A stretch of DNA of 61,001 nt, filler included. It is 4 parts of 4 records of this genome, joined end to end, with 100 filler letters (N's around TTAATTAATTAA, not from the genome) between each part and the next. Parts side by side here need not be neighbours in the genome. Positions count along the whole stretch, not along the records: positions 27,920 to 52,374 come from SRR20825019_1531; positions 52,475 to 61,001 come from SRR20825019_1536; 2 more parts are not named here. One strand, 5' to 3'. The notes under the pieces were generated by a model. It was not told the DNA's origin, did not search any database, and was given only the letters and a program-made list of their open reading frames with translations. Shown piece by piece: positions 43,665 through 54,199 of the stretch. Position numbers and translations under genes: made by a program. The stretch's first letter is position 1. Every line of letters begins with the position of its first letter.

Positions 43665-43739
43665 GGCCAGGTAGCAAAGTGGTAATGCCGAGGACTGCAA
43701 ATCCTTTATGCGCCGGTTCGATTCCGGCTCTGGCCTCCA
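43665..43739 (+). tRNA. tRNA-Cys(GCA)
   Basis: GGCCAGG/TCTGGCC acceptor stem, GAGGA-CTGCAAA-TCCTT anticodon arm, GGTTCGATTCC T-loop, encoded CCA. Confidence 0.95.
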
Positions 43740-43752
43740 ATATCATGTTTTT

Positions 43753-44676
43753 ATGAATTATATAGAACATTTTCTTGAAATGATGATGGCTGAAAGAGCT
43801 ATATCTAATAATTCTCAAGATGCTTATAAGAGAGATTTAAATGATTATGTTAGTTTCTTAAATAGTAATTATAATATTAAGCCAGAAGAAGCTGATTCAG
43901 AAATCACTAGAGAATATATCAGAAAACTCTCAAATGAGGGTTTAAAACCAAGATCCATAGCTAGAAAGATTTCAAGTATAAGGGGTTTTTATGACTTTTT
44001 AATGAATGAGCATATTTTATCCTCTAATCCTGCAAATTTATTAAAGCCTCCAAAATATTCAGTAAATTTACCTAAAGTTATTTCTATTGAAGAGATAGAG
44101 CAATTAATTGATTATTGTAGAGCTTTAAATTCTGATGAAGGTATAAGGCTTCTTGCAATGATATCACTTTTATATGCATCTGGAATGAGGGTCTCAGAGT
44201 TAACAAATTTACACATAGTTGACTTACTAATGAGTACCAAAACAGGAGGAATTAAAAATAATATTTTAGTTAAAGGTAAGGGGAATAAAGAAAGGCTCGT
44301 AATACTAAATGAATTTACTATAAACGCAGTAGAGGATTATTTAAAAGTAAGAAGTAAATTTTTAAATACTAAAAATACAGAGTCCTCAAAATATTTATTT
44401 CCATCAAAATCTTCTAGCGGGCATATGACAAGACAGAATTTTGCAGTTTTACTAAAAAAAGCAGCTTTAGATATGGGGCTTGATCCTGCAAGGATTTCTC
44501 CCCATGTGTTAAGGCATAGTTTTGCAACCCATCTTCTCAAAGGTGGTGCAGATCTAAGGGTTATTCAGCAACTACTTGGTCATACAGATATCAGTACTAC
44601 TCAGATTTATACTCATATTCAAATTGATCAACTTAAAAATGTAGTAAATAAATATCATCCTCTAAATAAAAAATAA
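43753..44676 (+). CDS. xerD: Tyrosine recombinase XerD
   Basis: LYASGMRVSEL, KGKGNKERLV and SPHVLRHSFATHLL.GGADLRVIQQLLGH.DISTTQIYTH. True start is ATG 43753; the ORF-track extension overlaps the tRNA. Confidence 0.9.
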   Translation: MNYIEHFLEMMMAERAISNNSQDAYKRDLNDYVSFLNSNYNIKPEEADSEITREYIRKLSNEGLKPRSIARKISSIRGFYDFLMNEHILSSNPANLLKPPKYSVNLPKVISIEEIEQLIDYCRALNSDEGIRLLAMISLLYASGMRVSELTNLHIVDLLMSTKTGGIKNNILVKGKGNKERLVILNEFTINAVEDYLKVRSKFLNTKNTESSKYLFPSKSSSGHMTRQNFAVLLKKAALDMGLDPARISPHVLRHSFATHLLKGGADLRVIQQLLGHTDISTTQIYTHIQIDQLKNVVNKYHPLNKK

Positions 44677-44681
44677 TTAAT

Positions 44682-45878
44682 TTAATTATTTATTTCTTTT
44701 AAAATTAACGCTGTACCTATTTGAGGAATATTACTTTCATTTAATGCGTAATTACTTACATAGTTATTAACTAATTTATCTTTATAAAACAAGCTATTTG
44801 AATCTCCTGAATCTAGTATTGCAGCATAAATACATTCTTGTTTAGTTAGACATTTTGCAAGCATATTTTTAGTAAGTCCGTGAATTGGTGTATGGTTTTT
44901 AATTTTATGTATTATATTTATAATATTACTAACAGTCATTTGAAACAATTGATGAGGGCTATAACCTGCTTTTTTAAATGCTCTAAAAAAATCTCCTATT
45001 GTAAAATGTTGAATAGATTTAGTTTTAGTATGATCAACATTTATGAATTTCCACTTATCATTGCTACATAAACAGAAAGCAGACCAAGACTTTTCCTTTT
45101 TATCATCATCTTCTTTTTGATAATTTATTTTATTATTATTAATTATAATATCTTTAACTGTTATAATATCTTGCATGTAATTCCAAATCTCTTTGGAGTA
45201 ATTTTCAGAATAGATAGTTTTAGATAAAATTTCAATTTTATCTCCAAGCTTTATATTGATATTATTATCAATTGGTAAAGAAATAATATAACCATTTTTA
45301 GGAATTTCTAAGTTTGAAGCAATTGCAATATTTGTTACTTTATCATTTGATACTGTTAAGTATTTAGATATTCTATCTTCAAAAGTAAAATTGCCATAAA
45401 TACTAGTATATAAAATATTATCATTTTGAATGCTATTTTTATTTATGCTATCAAGTTTTAATAGATCAAGGTCATTTATTTTCATAAATACTTCACACTC
45501 TATTTTGTCCATATATATTTTATTAGAATTAATACCAATAACTGGATGTTTGCCTTTAGAATATATAGACCAATTACCATAAATTTTATTAATACCTAAA
45601 GGATACCCTAAATAATTTATATTTTTTTCAAATGGTAAATTAATTGAGGATATTGCATTTAATCTTTTAGATAATTTATCAAGCCCTTCAAGCCCATATA
45701 GTTGATATTTAGATAGGGCCTGAGATATATGAAATTTTTTTGAATTTACTTCTACTATATGAATTGATTTATTAAAATTATTATCTTTACTATATGAAAT
45801 ATTATCTGCAAATGAATTTATTCCTAAATTAAAAAAGAAATAAATGAGAATACAAAAATTTAGTTTAAATTTTGTCAT
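44682..45878 (-). CDS. Secreted phosphodiester-glycosidase (NAGPA/DUF2233)-like protein, degenerate
   Basis: Signal peptide; IHIVEV, IPKNGYIIS, and GLT...LA..L....C.YAAILDSGDSNSL resembling the family's A.NLDGGGS motif. Confidence 0.55.
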   Translation of the reverse strand: MTKFKLNFCILIYFFFNLGINSFADNISYSKDNNFNKSIHIVEVNSKKFHISQALSKYQLYGLEGLDKLSKRLNAISSINLPFEKNINYLGYPLGINKIYGNWSIYSKGKHPVIGINSNKIYMDKIECEVFMKINDLDLLKLDSINKNSIQNDNILYTSIYGNFTFEDRISKYLTVSNDKVTNIAIASNLEIPKNGYIISLPIDNNINIKLGDKIEILSKTIYSENYSKEIWNYMQDIITVKDIIINNNKINYQKEDDDKKEKSWSAFCLCSNDKWKFINVDHTKTKSIQHFTIGDFFRAFKKAGYSPHQLFQMTVSNIINIIHKIKNHTPIHGLTKNMLAKCLTKQECIYAAILDSGDSNSLFYKDKLVNNYVSNYALNESNIPQIGTALILKEINN

Positions 45879-46101
45879 TATTATTACAAGTAATATTATA
45901 GTTAGTAATTGATTTTGTAAAAATTTATTATAGGAAGTTTATATAACAATTTTTTTAATAATCACATATTTAATTTACTTGAAAATGAAATTAATCTACC
46001 AATTTTTTTTAAGTAATGTATAAGAGGTTTTTTAATCTTTAAGTCAAACAGTATCAAGTTATAATGAAATCTGTAGTCTTATATAATATTATAAATATTT
46101 T

Positions 46102-47502
46102 ATGAAAGGATTGATTAGATATTTAATACCCGTTTTTATTTCTTCTTTAATATATTGTATTCCAGTTCCTGAGGGACTTGATATTAAAGGGTGGAAATTA
46201 TTGTCAATTTTTATAGGTACAATTGTAGCTCTAGTAACAAAACCTCTTCCTATGGGCGGGGTTTCTTTAATTGCATTATCATTATCAATTATTACTGGGG
46301 TTCTTGATGAATCTGTAGCTTTAGAGGGATTTTCTTCATCTGTAAGCTGGCTAGTTTTACTTGTATTTGTAATTACTAGAGGATTTATAAATACAGGTCT
46401 TGGAAATAGAATAGGTTATTTCTTTATGAAACATTTTGGAAAGACTTCATTAGGTCTTGGATATAGTTTAGTAGCAACAGATTTTCTAGTAGCTCCCTTT
46501 ATGCCAAGTAGTACAGCAAGAGCAGGAGGTGTAATTTTTCCAATTTTTAAATCAATATCAGAAGCATTTGGAAGTAAACCAGGAGATGGAACAGAGAAAA
46601 AGTTAGGTGCGTTTTTAAGTACTGTTTGTTTCCATTCAAATTATATTACAAGTGCTATGTTTTTAACATCTTTAGTAGCTAATTCAATGATTCAATCTGT
46701 TGCATTAAGTTATGGTATTGATATATCATGGTCTGCTTGGGCAATTGCAGCAATAATTCCAGGTATAGCAAGCTTATTAGTTATACCTCTTTTTATATAT
46801 TATATATATCCTCCTGAAATTAAACTTATCGATCAATCAAGGGAATTTGCGGATAAAAAACTAAAGGAACTTGGAAGAGTTAAACTTCAAGAAAAAATTA
46901 TGATAATAGTATTTATCTCACTTATTTTACTATGGATTTTTTCTAAATTAATTGGAATAAAAATTACTACTGCCTCCTTACTAGGAGTATGCGCTTTATT
47001 GGTTCTAAAAATTATATCTTTTGATGATTTTCTTAAAGAAAAAGAAGCATGGCATACTTTACTTTGGTTATCTATATTAATAACTTTATCAGGAAGTCTT
47101 GAAAAACTTGGTGTAATAGGTTGGTTTAGTTCAACACTTGGAGTGAGTATAAATATATACTCAAAATTTACTATATTTATAATTGTAACTTTAGTGTATT
47201 TTTACAGTCATTATTTTTTTGCAAGCTTAACTACTCATGTAGGAGCAATGTATCCTGCTTTTCTTGCACTTTTACTTAATACTGGTTTTCCTCCTTTATT
47301 GTCAGCTTTAATACTTGGATTTACTTCAAGTTTATATGGATCACTAACACATTATGGATCATCTGGAGGAGTAGTATTTTTTAGTGCTAATTATGTTCCT
47401 ATTAATACTTGGTGGAAAATAGGTTTTTATGCAAGTATTATTAACATATTAATATGGGGAATTACTGGCGGAATTTGGTGGAAAATAATAGGTTTATATT
47501 AA
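46102..47502 (+). CDS. DASS-family dicarboxylate transporter (2-oxoglutarate/malate translocator-like)
   Basis: TGLG.RI.Y, PSSTARAGGVIFPI, TSAMFLT, HYFFAS.T.H and LTHYG motifs; many TM helices. Confidence 0.9.
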   Translation: MKGLIRYLIPVFISSLIYCIPVPEGLDIKGWKLLSIFIGTIVALVTKPLPMGGVSLIALSLSIITGVLDESVALEGFSSSVSWLVLLVFVITRGFINTGLGNRIGYFFMKHFGKTSLGLGYSLVATDFLVAPFMPSSTARAGGVIFPIFKSISEAFGSKPGDGTEKKLGAFLSTVCFHSNYITSAMFLTSLVANSMIQSVALSYGIDISWSAWAIAAIIPGIASLLVIPLFIYYIYPPEIKLIDQSREFADKKLKELGRVKLQEKIMIIVFISLILLWIFSKLIGIKITTASLLGVCALLVLKIISFDDFLKEKEAWHTLLWLSILITLSGSLEKLGVIGWFSSTLGVSINIYSKFTIFIIVTLVYFYSHYFFASLTTHVGAMYPAFLALLLNTGFPPLLSALILGFTSSLYGSLTHYGSSGGVVFFSANYVPINTWWKIGFYASIINILIWGITGGIWWKIIGLY

Positions 47503-47611
47503 TAATATAATAAACCTATTATAATATTGTTGAAACACTTATTATGTTCTCCTTTAAATTCAACTTTATTTTAAATCTCAATTAATTTAAAACTGAAAAT
47601 TGATTCTAAAA

Positions 47612-48790
47612 TCAGACCTTCATAGGCATAATTACAAATATGCACATATTTGAATTTTTAGGGGTTATGCTTACTGGTGAATATGGATCTTTTATTTTAA
47701 AATCAATATCTTGATCATCAAGTGCAATTAATGCATCCATAATATATTTTGTATTAAATCCTATTACTAGAGGTTCACCTTTATAACTTGCATAATTCTT
47801 ATAATCATTTTTACTTTCTGTTTTTTGAGAAGATTCATCATTTACAACTACTTCTATTTTTTCTCTTGCTGTACCTTTGATTTCATCATAGGCTTCTACT
47901 TCTAAATTAGATTCTGAAAGGCTTAATTTAATAACTTTCATTTTATCCATTGTTACAGTATCAGCTCTATCCACTGTTTTTGAGAAAAATTTAGCATTAA
48001 TTCTTAAGGAATTGTAATTATCTTGTGGAAAAAAAGAGCTATATTCTGGGAATTGAGCATCAATAAGCTTTGATATGAGTTTCATTCCTTGGGTTTTAAT
48101 ACTTATTCTATTTGATCCTAAAGATATTTCAGCTAAAAAATTTGAATATCTTGAGTCTTTAAATATTTTATAAATTTCAGTTACTGCTTTTTTAGGAATA
48201 ATTACTCCAAATGATTCTAATTTCTCATTTAGCTTAACACTTGAAAAAGCAAGCCTGTGTGCATCAGTTGCAGCACATGCTAATATATTATTTGGTTTTG
48301 AATGAAAATATATTCCGTTAAGATTATATCTAGTTTCTTCATCTGACATAGAAAATTTAGTTTGCTCAAGTAACTGGACTATATTTTTAGAATCTAATTT
48401 AAACTGAATTTTTGAATGCATGTCATCCATACTTGGATATTCTTCTGCTGGAAGAATTGGAAGGTTAAATTGACAGTTTTTGGTTTTAATTTCTACGGAT
48501 TTTTCAAGGCAGTTTAATGCAACTTCCTCATCAGGTATTTTTCTAATAATATCTGAAAAAATACTACTATCTAAAGTTATTTCTCCTTCAGAAATAATAT
48601 TTGCTTCCATTTCTTGAACAACAGATAAATCCATATCTGTTGCCGTGATTATTAAATTATTATGTTTTGCTGTTAGTTTAAAATTATTTAATATTGGTAA
48701 AATATTTCTTTTATCAATAGTTGAGCCAGCTAAACTAAGTATATGTGATAATATTCTTGTATTTACTATTACGTTAAATTTATTTGTCAT
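47612..48790 (-). CDS. dnaN: DNA polymerase III beta clamp
   Basis: ATDMDL, EETRYNLNG, ATDAHRLA, SKLID..FP.Y, IGFN.KY and VIMPMKV motifs. Confidence 0.96.
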   Translation of the reverse strand: MTNKFNVIVNTRILSHILSLAGSTIDKRNILPILNNFKLTAKHNNLIITATDMDLSVVQEMEANIISEGEITLDSSIFSDIIRKIPDEEVALNCLEKSVEIKTKNCQFNLPILPAEEYPSMDDMHSKIQFKLDSKNIVQLLEQTKFSMSDEETRYNLNGIYFHSKPNNILACAATDAHRLAFSSVKLNEKLESFGVIIPKKAVTEIYKIFKDSRYSNFLAEISLGSNRISIKTQGMKLISKLIDAQFPEYSSFFPQDNYNSLRINAKFFSKTVDRADTVTMDKMKVIKLSLSESNLEVEAYDEIKGTAREKIEVVVNDESSQKTESKNDYKNYASYKGEPLVIGFNTKYIMDALIALDDQDIDFKIKDPYSPVSITPKNSNMCIFVIMPMKV

Positions 48791-48802
48791 AATAATCTCT
48801 TT

Positions 48803-50158
48803 TTAGTTTTGTAATATTTTTGTTAATAAATGTATTTCTTCTCTTAATTCTGGGTCAGATATGCATAATTCATCAATCTTTTTAACTGCATGAATTACTG
48901 TTGAGTGATCTTTTTTCCCAAATCTTCTTCCTATTTCTGCAAGGCTTTTAGAAGTTAATTTTTTTGATAAATACATAGCAACCTGCCTTGGTCTTGCAAC
49001 TTCTCTTATTTTTTTTGAAGATGACATATCTGAAACTCTTATATTATAATATTCAGAAACTTTTTTTTGAACAAGATCTACTGTTATATATTTTTCACTA
49101 TTTCTTAAAAGATCCGATAATATGTCTTTACAATTATCAATATTAATTTCTTTTCCAATTAAAGTCGCATGAGCTATAACTTTATTTAAAGCTCCTTCAA
49201 GCTCACGTATATTTGTTGTAATTTTACTTGCAAGAAATTCAATAACATTCTTAGGAACGGTAATTTTCATATGTTCAAGTTTTGATTGTAAAATTCCAAC
49301 TCTTAATTCATAAGTTGTACTGTGAACATCTGCAACTAACCCCCATCCTAATCTTGATTTAATTCTATCTTCAATATCATCAAGGTCTGAAGGAGATCTA
49401 TCACAAGAAATTACCATTTGCCTTTTATTATCAATAAGTGCATTAAATGTATGGAAAAATTCTTCTTGAGTACTTTCTTTACCGCAGATAAATTGTATAT
49501 CATCAATCATAAGTACATCAACAGTTCTAAATCTATCTTTGAAGCTAACAGTATCCTTTGCCCTTAAAGCTTTTATGAATTGATTCATGAATTTTTCAGC
49601 TGTTAAATAAATAACTTTTCTTTGAGGGTTCGTTTTTCTGATATGCCAAGCTGTTGCATGCATTAAATGAGTTTTTCCAAGTCCAACTCCACCATAAAGA
49701 AATAATGGATTGGATTTATTTGTAAAAGCTCTAGATTCAGCAACTGATCTTGCAGCAGCGTAAGCAAACTCATTAGGTGTACCAACAACAAAACTATCAA
49801 AAGTAAATCTAGGTTCAAGATTAGAGCTCAGCATAGAATCATTATCAGAATCTTTAGAATCTAAATTTGTTGTTTCTTTTTTTAGAGACTTGCCATCTTC
49901 TTTTGAAGTAATTAATTCAACAAACTTGTAACTTGGATTAATTCTTGCAAATTCATTACATAGAGCAACGAGATAATTTCCTTGAATCCAATCTCTTATG
50001 AAATTTGTTGGAGCTGATAATATTACTCTGTTTGAAGTGCATTCTTTTAAGGATAATTTTCCTATCCAGCTATTAAATACATTTTTTCCGTAAGAGTTTA
50101 TCATGCCTTGTTGCACTTTTTCCCACAGGTCTAATTGTTCCTGATTTGGTTTATTCAT
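48803..50158 (-). CDS. dnaA: Chromosomal replication initiator
   Basis: [37 protein letters not shown] and DHSTVIHA motifs. Confidence 0.97.
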   Translation of the reverse strand: MNKPNQEQLDLWEKVQQGMINSYGKNVFNSWIGKLSLKECTSNRVILSAPTNFIRDWIQGNYLVALCNEFARINPSYKFVELITSKEDGKSLKKETTNLDSKDSDNDSMLSSNLEPRFTFDSFVVGTPNEFAYAAARSVAESRAFTNKSNPLFLYGGVGLGKTHLMHATAWHIRKTNPQRKVIYLTAEKFMNQFIKALRAKDTVSFKDRFRTVDVLMIDDIQFICGKESTQEEFFHTFNALIDNKRQMVISCDRSPSDLDDIEDRIKSRLGWGLVADVHSTTYELRVGILQSKLEHMKITVPKNVIEFLASKITTNIRELEGALNKVIAHATLIGKEINIDNCKDILSDLLRNSEKYITVDLVQKKVSEYYNIRVSDMSSSKKIREVARPRQVAMYLSKKLTSKSLAEIGRRFGKKDHSTVIHAVKKIDELCISDPELREEIHLLTKILQN

Positions 50159-50518
50159 TAAAGTAGTTTTTAAAATTTAGGTTTAATTTGTTTAAGTTAT
50201 ATTCTAAATATTTAAGTAGATTATTATAGAATATTAATAATCAAATTAATAGATTCTTAATTTATTTATAAATTCACATTGATACTAATAGCATTTTTTT
50301 TATTACAATCAATATTAGTTTTTAAAATTAATTTTCTAAAATTTTTATAAATAAGTAATTATCTTTTATCACTTATACTATTAATGAAATATAACAGAAT
50401 TATAAATTAAATAAATAATTTGAATATGATCAAGTTATGAGTATTTTATCTAATTCTTGATTTATTTTCAAAGAGATAATTTAAAACTAAAGCAAAAAAT
50501 ATTTAAAAATAATTTGTA

Positions 50519-52374
50519 ATGAATATCAAAGATATAATTAAAAATATCAATCAAAAAAATTTTTCATTAAAAAAAGAAGACCCTAAAACTTTAATGATTA
50601 TTTGTAATGATAATATTTCGCAAGATAAATTATATATACAGCTAAAATTTTTTTATCCTGATATTGATATTTTAAAGCTTTATTCAAAAGATAACTTGCC
50701 ATATGAAAAATCTTATTCTAGCATTAAAATTGAATCAAGCAGAATAGAGATTTTACATAAAATTAAATATTCAAAAAATAATAAAATAGTTATTTTAAGT
50801 AAAGAGAGTTTATTTAATAAGTATGATAAAGATTATACTATAAGCAATAATTTTATTAAAATTTCTATAGGAGATGAAATTACATTTGAAGCTTTGTTAA
50901 ATTCTATAAGAAGTCTTGGATATATTAAAGAAGAAGAAATTTTTGATTACGGACAATATTCAACAAAAGGTGGGAATATTATTATTAGAACATATAAGCA
51001 TGAATATGTCATTTCATTTTCATGGAATAAAATAGAAAAAATTAAGTATAAAGATGTAGTTAAAGATAAAAATCATTATATAGCTAAAGATAATTTAAAT
51101 AATATAGAATATTTTGAGTTATATAAAGTTGAAGAGAATCAGATAAATCAAGATTCATATGAAATTTTTTCAAGAAATTTTCATAAAGCATTTGGTCAAG
51201 ATATGCCTCATAATCCTTTTATAAATGCGTTTGAACAAGAGAAGAGATTGCTAGAATTTGATAGTTTAAGTAGCTTGTTTATAAAAAATTCTTCAACAAT
51301 ATTTGATTTTGTAAAGCCTAATTATATTTTCGAGGAGGAGGGGAGTGAAGCAAAACTTAAAGAATATTTTGACTATATAAATGTTAGGTATCAAAATTTT
51401 TTAGAAAATAATTCATCTTTATTCATCTTAAAACCCTCTTTACAATATTATGAATATGAAGAAATTATTAAGAAAAAAAATGAATATGAAAATCTTCATA
51501 TCACAAAAGAAAATCAACCGGCCCAAAATGATTTTGAAATTATTATCCAAAATAAAAAACTTAATCACATATCAAGTGTTAAAGAAAGAGAAGAAATAAT
51601 TATAAAATATATTTTAAGTAAACTTGATAAAAAAGTGATTATTGCTTGTCATAGCTTATCATCATCAGAAAAAGTAATAAAAATCTTAAAAAATTCTAAT
51701 TTGAAATATGGAGTAATTAACTTCCTAAAAGATGCAGGAAATGGCTTTGTTAACATTGCAAATATTGAGATTAATATTCTAATTGAGAGTGATTTATCAA
51801 TAATAATTCCTTGTAATATTATAACAGGTGAGCAAAAACAAAATGAAAATATTGATCCAGGTAAAAAATATAAGGATATAATTATTGACCTTGATACTTT
51901 AGGTAGCGGGTCTTTAATAGTGCATAATAATCATGGAATAGGAAAATATCTAGGAGTTGAGAAGCTTTCTATTAAAGGTCATTTTAGAGATTTAATAAAA
52001 CTTGAATATCAGGGTAGTGATAAATTATATATACCTGTTGAAAATTTTGATTTAATACATCCATATGAAGGAGATGAAGCTTTAGAGCTTGATAAACTGG
52101 GAAGCCTTGAATGGCAAAGAAGAAAGTCAAGGATTAAGAAAAAAATTAGTATAATTGCTAAACAGTTAATGGAAGTAGCAGCAAGAAGAAAGTTACATAT
52201 CAAAGAGCCATGTCTTATCAATGAAGATAATTACTATAAATTTGCTAAAAATTTTCCATATCCAGAAACTAATGATCAAATCAAAGCTATTGAAGATATT
52301 AAGGCTGATATGTTATCAAATACTCCTATGGATAGGCTATTATGCGGAGATGTAGGATTTGGAAAAACAGAAGT
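50519..52374 (+). CDS. mfd: Transcription-repair coupling factor, 3'-truncated
   Basis: RID domain VH..HGIGKY...DKLYIPVE, then FPYPET.DQ..AI and PMDRLLCGDVGFGKTE; N-terminal half is divergent. Confidence 0.9.
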
Positions 52375-52474
52375 NNNNNNNNNNNNNNNNNNNNNNNNNN
52401 NNNNNNNNNNNNNNNNNNTTAATTAATTAANNNNNNNNNNNNNNNNNNNNNNNNNNNNNNNNNNNNNNNNNNNN
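52375..52474. other. Artificial contig spacer
   Basis: N44-TTAATTAATTAA-N44. Confidence 0.98.
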
Positions 52475-52680
52475 GGACAAGTGCAACAGAAAGAATGTAC
52501 AGGTTAAGCTGTAGTGAAACCAGGTAAACTCTACAAGGTGCAATGTCATGTAAATCAACGTTTGAGGGTTGTGCGCCCAATGTTGAAGGGTAGGCAGCTA
52601 GAGATTATTGGCAACAATAATTCAAGATAAATGATAAGGGCTTCTTTTAGGAGTACAGAATCCGGCTTATAGATCTGCTT
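52475..52680 (+). ncRNA. rnpB: RNase P RNA, 3' portion
   Basis: Conserved blocks AGTGCAACAGAAA, GTGAAAC..GGTAAACTC, AGATAAATGAT and terminal ACAGAATCCGGCTTA. The 3' end is approximate. Confidence 0.88.
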
Positions 52681-53344
52681 TTTTTATACCTTCATTTTCG
52701 TAATACCTCTCAATAATTTTATCTGAACTTTTAATGGTATTCTTTGTCCAAAGTAGTTGTGTGTCAAAAAACTCCTCATCTGTTAGTTTCCAATCAACTT
52801 CAGACTGTTTTAACTCGTTAGTGATATGCTGAAGTATAATAGCTGCTGATACTGAAATATTTAAACTTTCTGTAAATCCAACCATAGGTATTTTTATATA
52901 GCTATCTGCCTGATTTAAAACCTCTTCACTTAGACCATCTTTTTCGGTTCCAAAGAAGATAGCAGATGGTCTAGTAACATCAAAATCTCTTAAATTATGA
53001 GACTCAATATGAGGAGATGTTGCTACAATTTGATAGCCCTTTCCTTTAAGTGATTTAATAGAGTCTTGTACGCTATGATACCTGTTAATAGTTACCCATT
53101 TTTGAGCGCCCATAGCTATTTCTCTGTCAATTTTCTTTGCATTTTGTTCTTCAATAATATGCACATTTTGAACACCAAATACATCACAACTTCTTATAAC
53201 GGCACTTGTATTGTGTAATTGGTACACATCTTCTGTAGCAACAGTAAAATGATTGGTGCGTTGCGATAGTACCTTTTTAAAAAGCTCTTGGCGTCTTGGC
53301 GTAAGGTAAGATTGTAGGTAGTCTAATAATTTCTGGTCTCTCAT
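52667..53344 (-). CDS. TrmH/SpoU-family RNA 2'-O-methyltransferase
   Basis: HNTSAVIRSCDVFG, FFGTEKDGLS and IPMVGFTESLNISVSAAI SPOUT motifs; start set at ATG 53344. Confidence 0.9.
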   Translation of the reverse strand: MRDQKLLDYLQSYLTPRRQELFKKVLSQRTNHFTVATEDVYQLHNTSAVIRSCDVFGVQNVHIIEEQNAKKIDREIAMGAQKWVTINRYHSVQDSIKSLKGKGYQIVATSPHIESHNLRDFDVTRPSAIFFGTEKDGLSEEVLNQADSYIKIPMVGFTESLNISVSAAIILQHITNELKQSEVDWKLTDEEFFDTQLLWTKNTIKSSDKIIERYYENEGIKKADL

Positions 53345-53383
53345 TACTGCAAAATAAAGAATAATAACCTTATTACAAGGCAT

Positions 53384-53412
53384 AAAAAAACCCGAAGCCT
53401 AAGCTTCGGGTT
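53384..53412 (-). terminator. Intrinsic terminator of the fasciclin gene
   Basis: Minus strand AACCCGAAGC-loop-GCTTCGGG followed by T7. Confidence 0.85.
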
Positions 53413-53436
53413 AATTATATGCTAAGATGTGGTCTT

Positions 53437-54018
53437 TTATTTTGTGCTTGGTAATAATACAGTGTCTATTACATGAATTACACCATTACTTTGGTTAACA
53501 TCTGCAATAGTTACAGTTGCTGCATTTCCTGAAGCATCCATTACTTTAACTTGAGCACCATCTAACATTGCAGTTAAAGTACCACCTTGTACAGTTTTCA
53601 TTGTATGTTTTCCACCATCTTTCTTAATCATTTTTACTAAATCACTAGCATTTACTTTACCAGCTACAACGTGGTAAGTTAAAACACCTTGTAATTGAGC
53701 TTTATTTTCTTCCATAAGTAAAGTTTCAACAGTTCCTTCTGGTAACTTGTCAAAAGCTGCATTTACTGGAGCAAAAACTGTAAAAGGACCTTCACTAGCT
53801 AAAGTCTCAACCAAACCTGCAGCTTTTACAGCAGCAACTAAAGTTGTGTGATCTTTAGAGTTTACAGCATTCTCTACAATGTTCTTGCTTGGGTACATTG
53901 CTGCACCACCAACCATTTTAGTTTCTTCTTTCATCATTTTGTCTTGAGCAAAAGATGTTGTTCCTACAAACATTGCAGCCATTAGTACTGCTACACTTAA
54001 TACATTTGAAATTTTCAT
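53437..54018 (-). CDS. Secreted fasciclin (FAS1) domain protein
   Basis: Signal peptide; TLVAAVKAAGLVETL..GPFTVFAP.N.AF, LTYHVV and NGVIHVID.VLLP motifs. Confidence 0.94.
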   Translation of the reverse strand: MKISNVLSVAVLMAAMFVGTTSFAQDKMMKEETKMVGGAAMYPSKNIVENAVNSKDHTTLVAAVKAAGLVETLASEGPFTVFAPVNAAFDKLPEGTVETLLMEENKAQLQGVLTYHVVAGKVNASDLVKMIKKDGGKHTMKTVQGGTLTAMLDGAQVKVMDASGNAATVTIADVNQSNGVIHVIDTVLLPSTK

Positions 54019-54199
54019 TATTTTAATTTTTAGTTGTTATATATCTAATAAACGTCTGTATGTCTTACTAGGTTTTTTGAAAGTATTGGTTTGTGAAGAA
54101 TTTAACAATAGTTAAAATGTCTTATAAGTGCACAAAACTTGCTCATATACTGCTCAAAATTGAAGCCTTTTCTTTAATTTTAAAATAAAATATGTCGTT

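Noticed and set aside
43708..44676. Prophage or island integrase at a tRNA
   Set aside because: The sequence matches XerD. No att duplication or mobile genes were seen, and the ORF-track N-terminal extension is just tRNA sequence.
50159..50518. oriC upstream of dnaA
   Set aside because: AT-rich like the whole contig, with no recognisable DnaA boxes on either strand.
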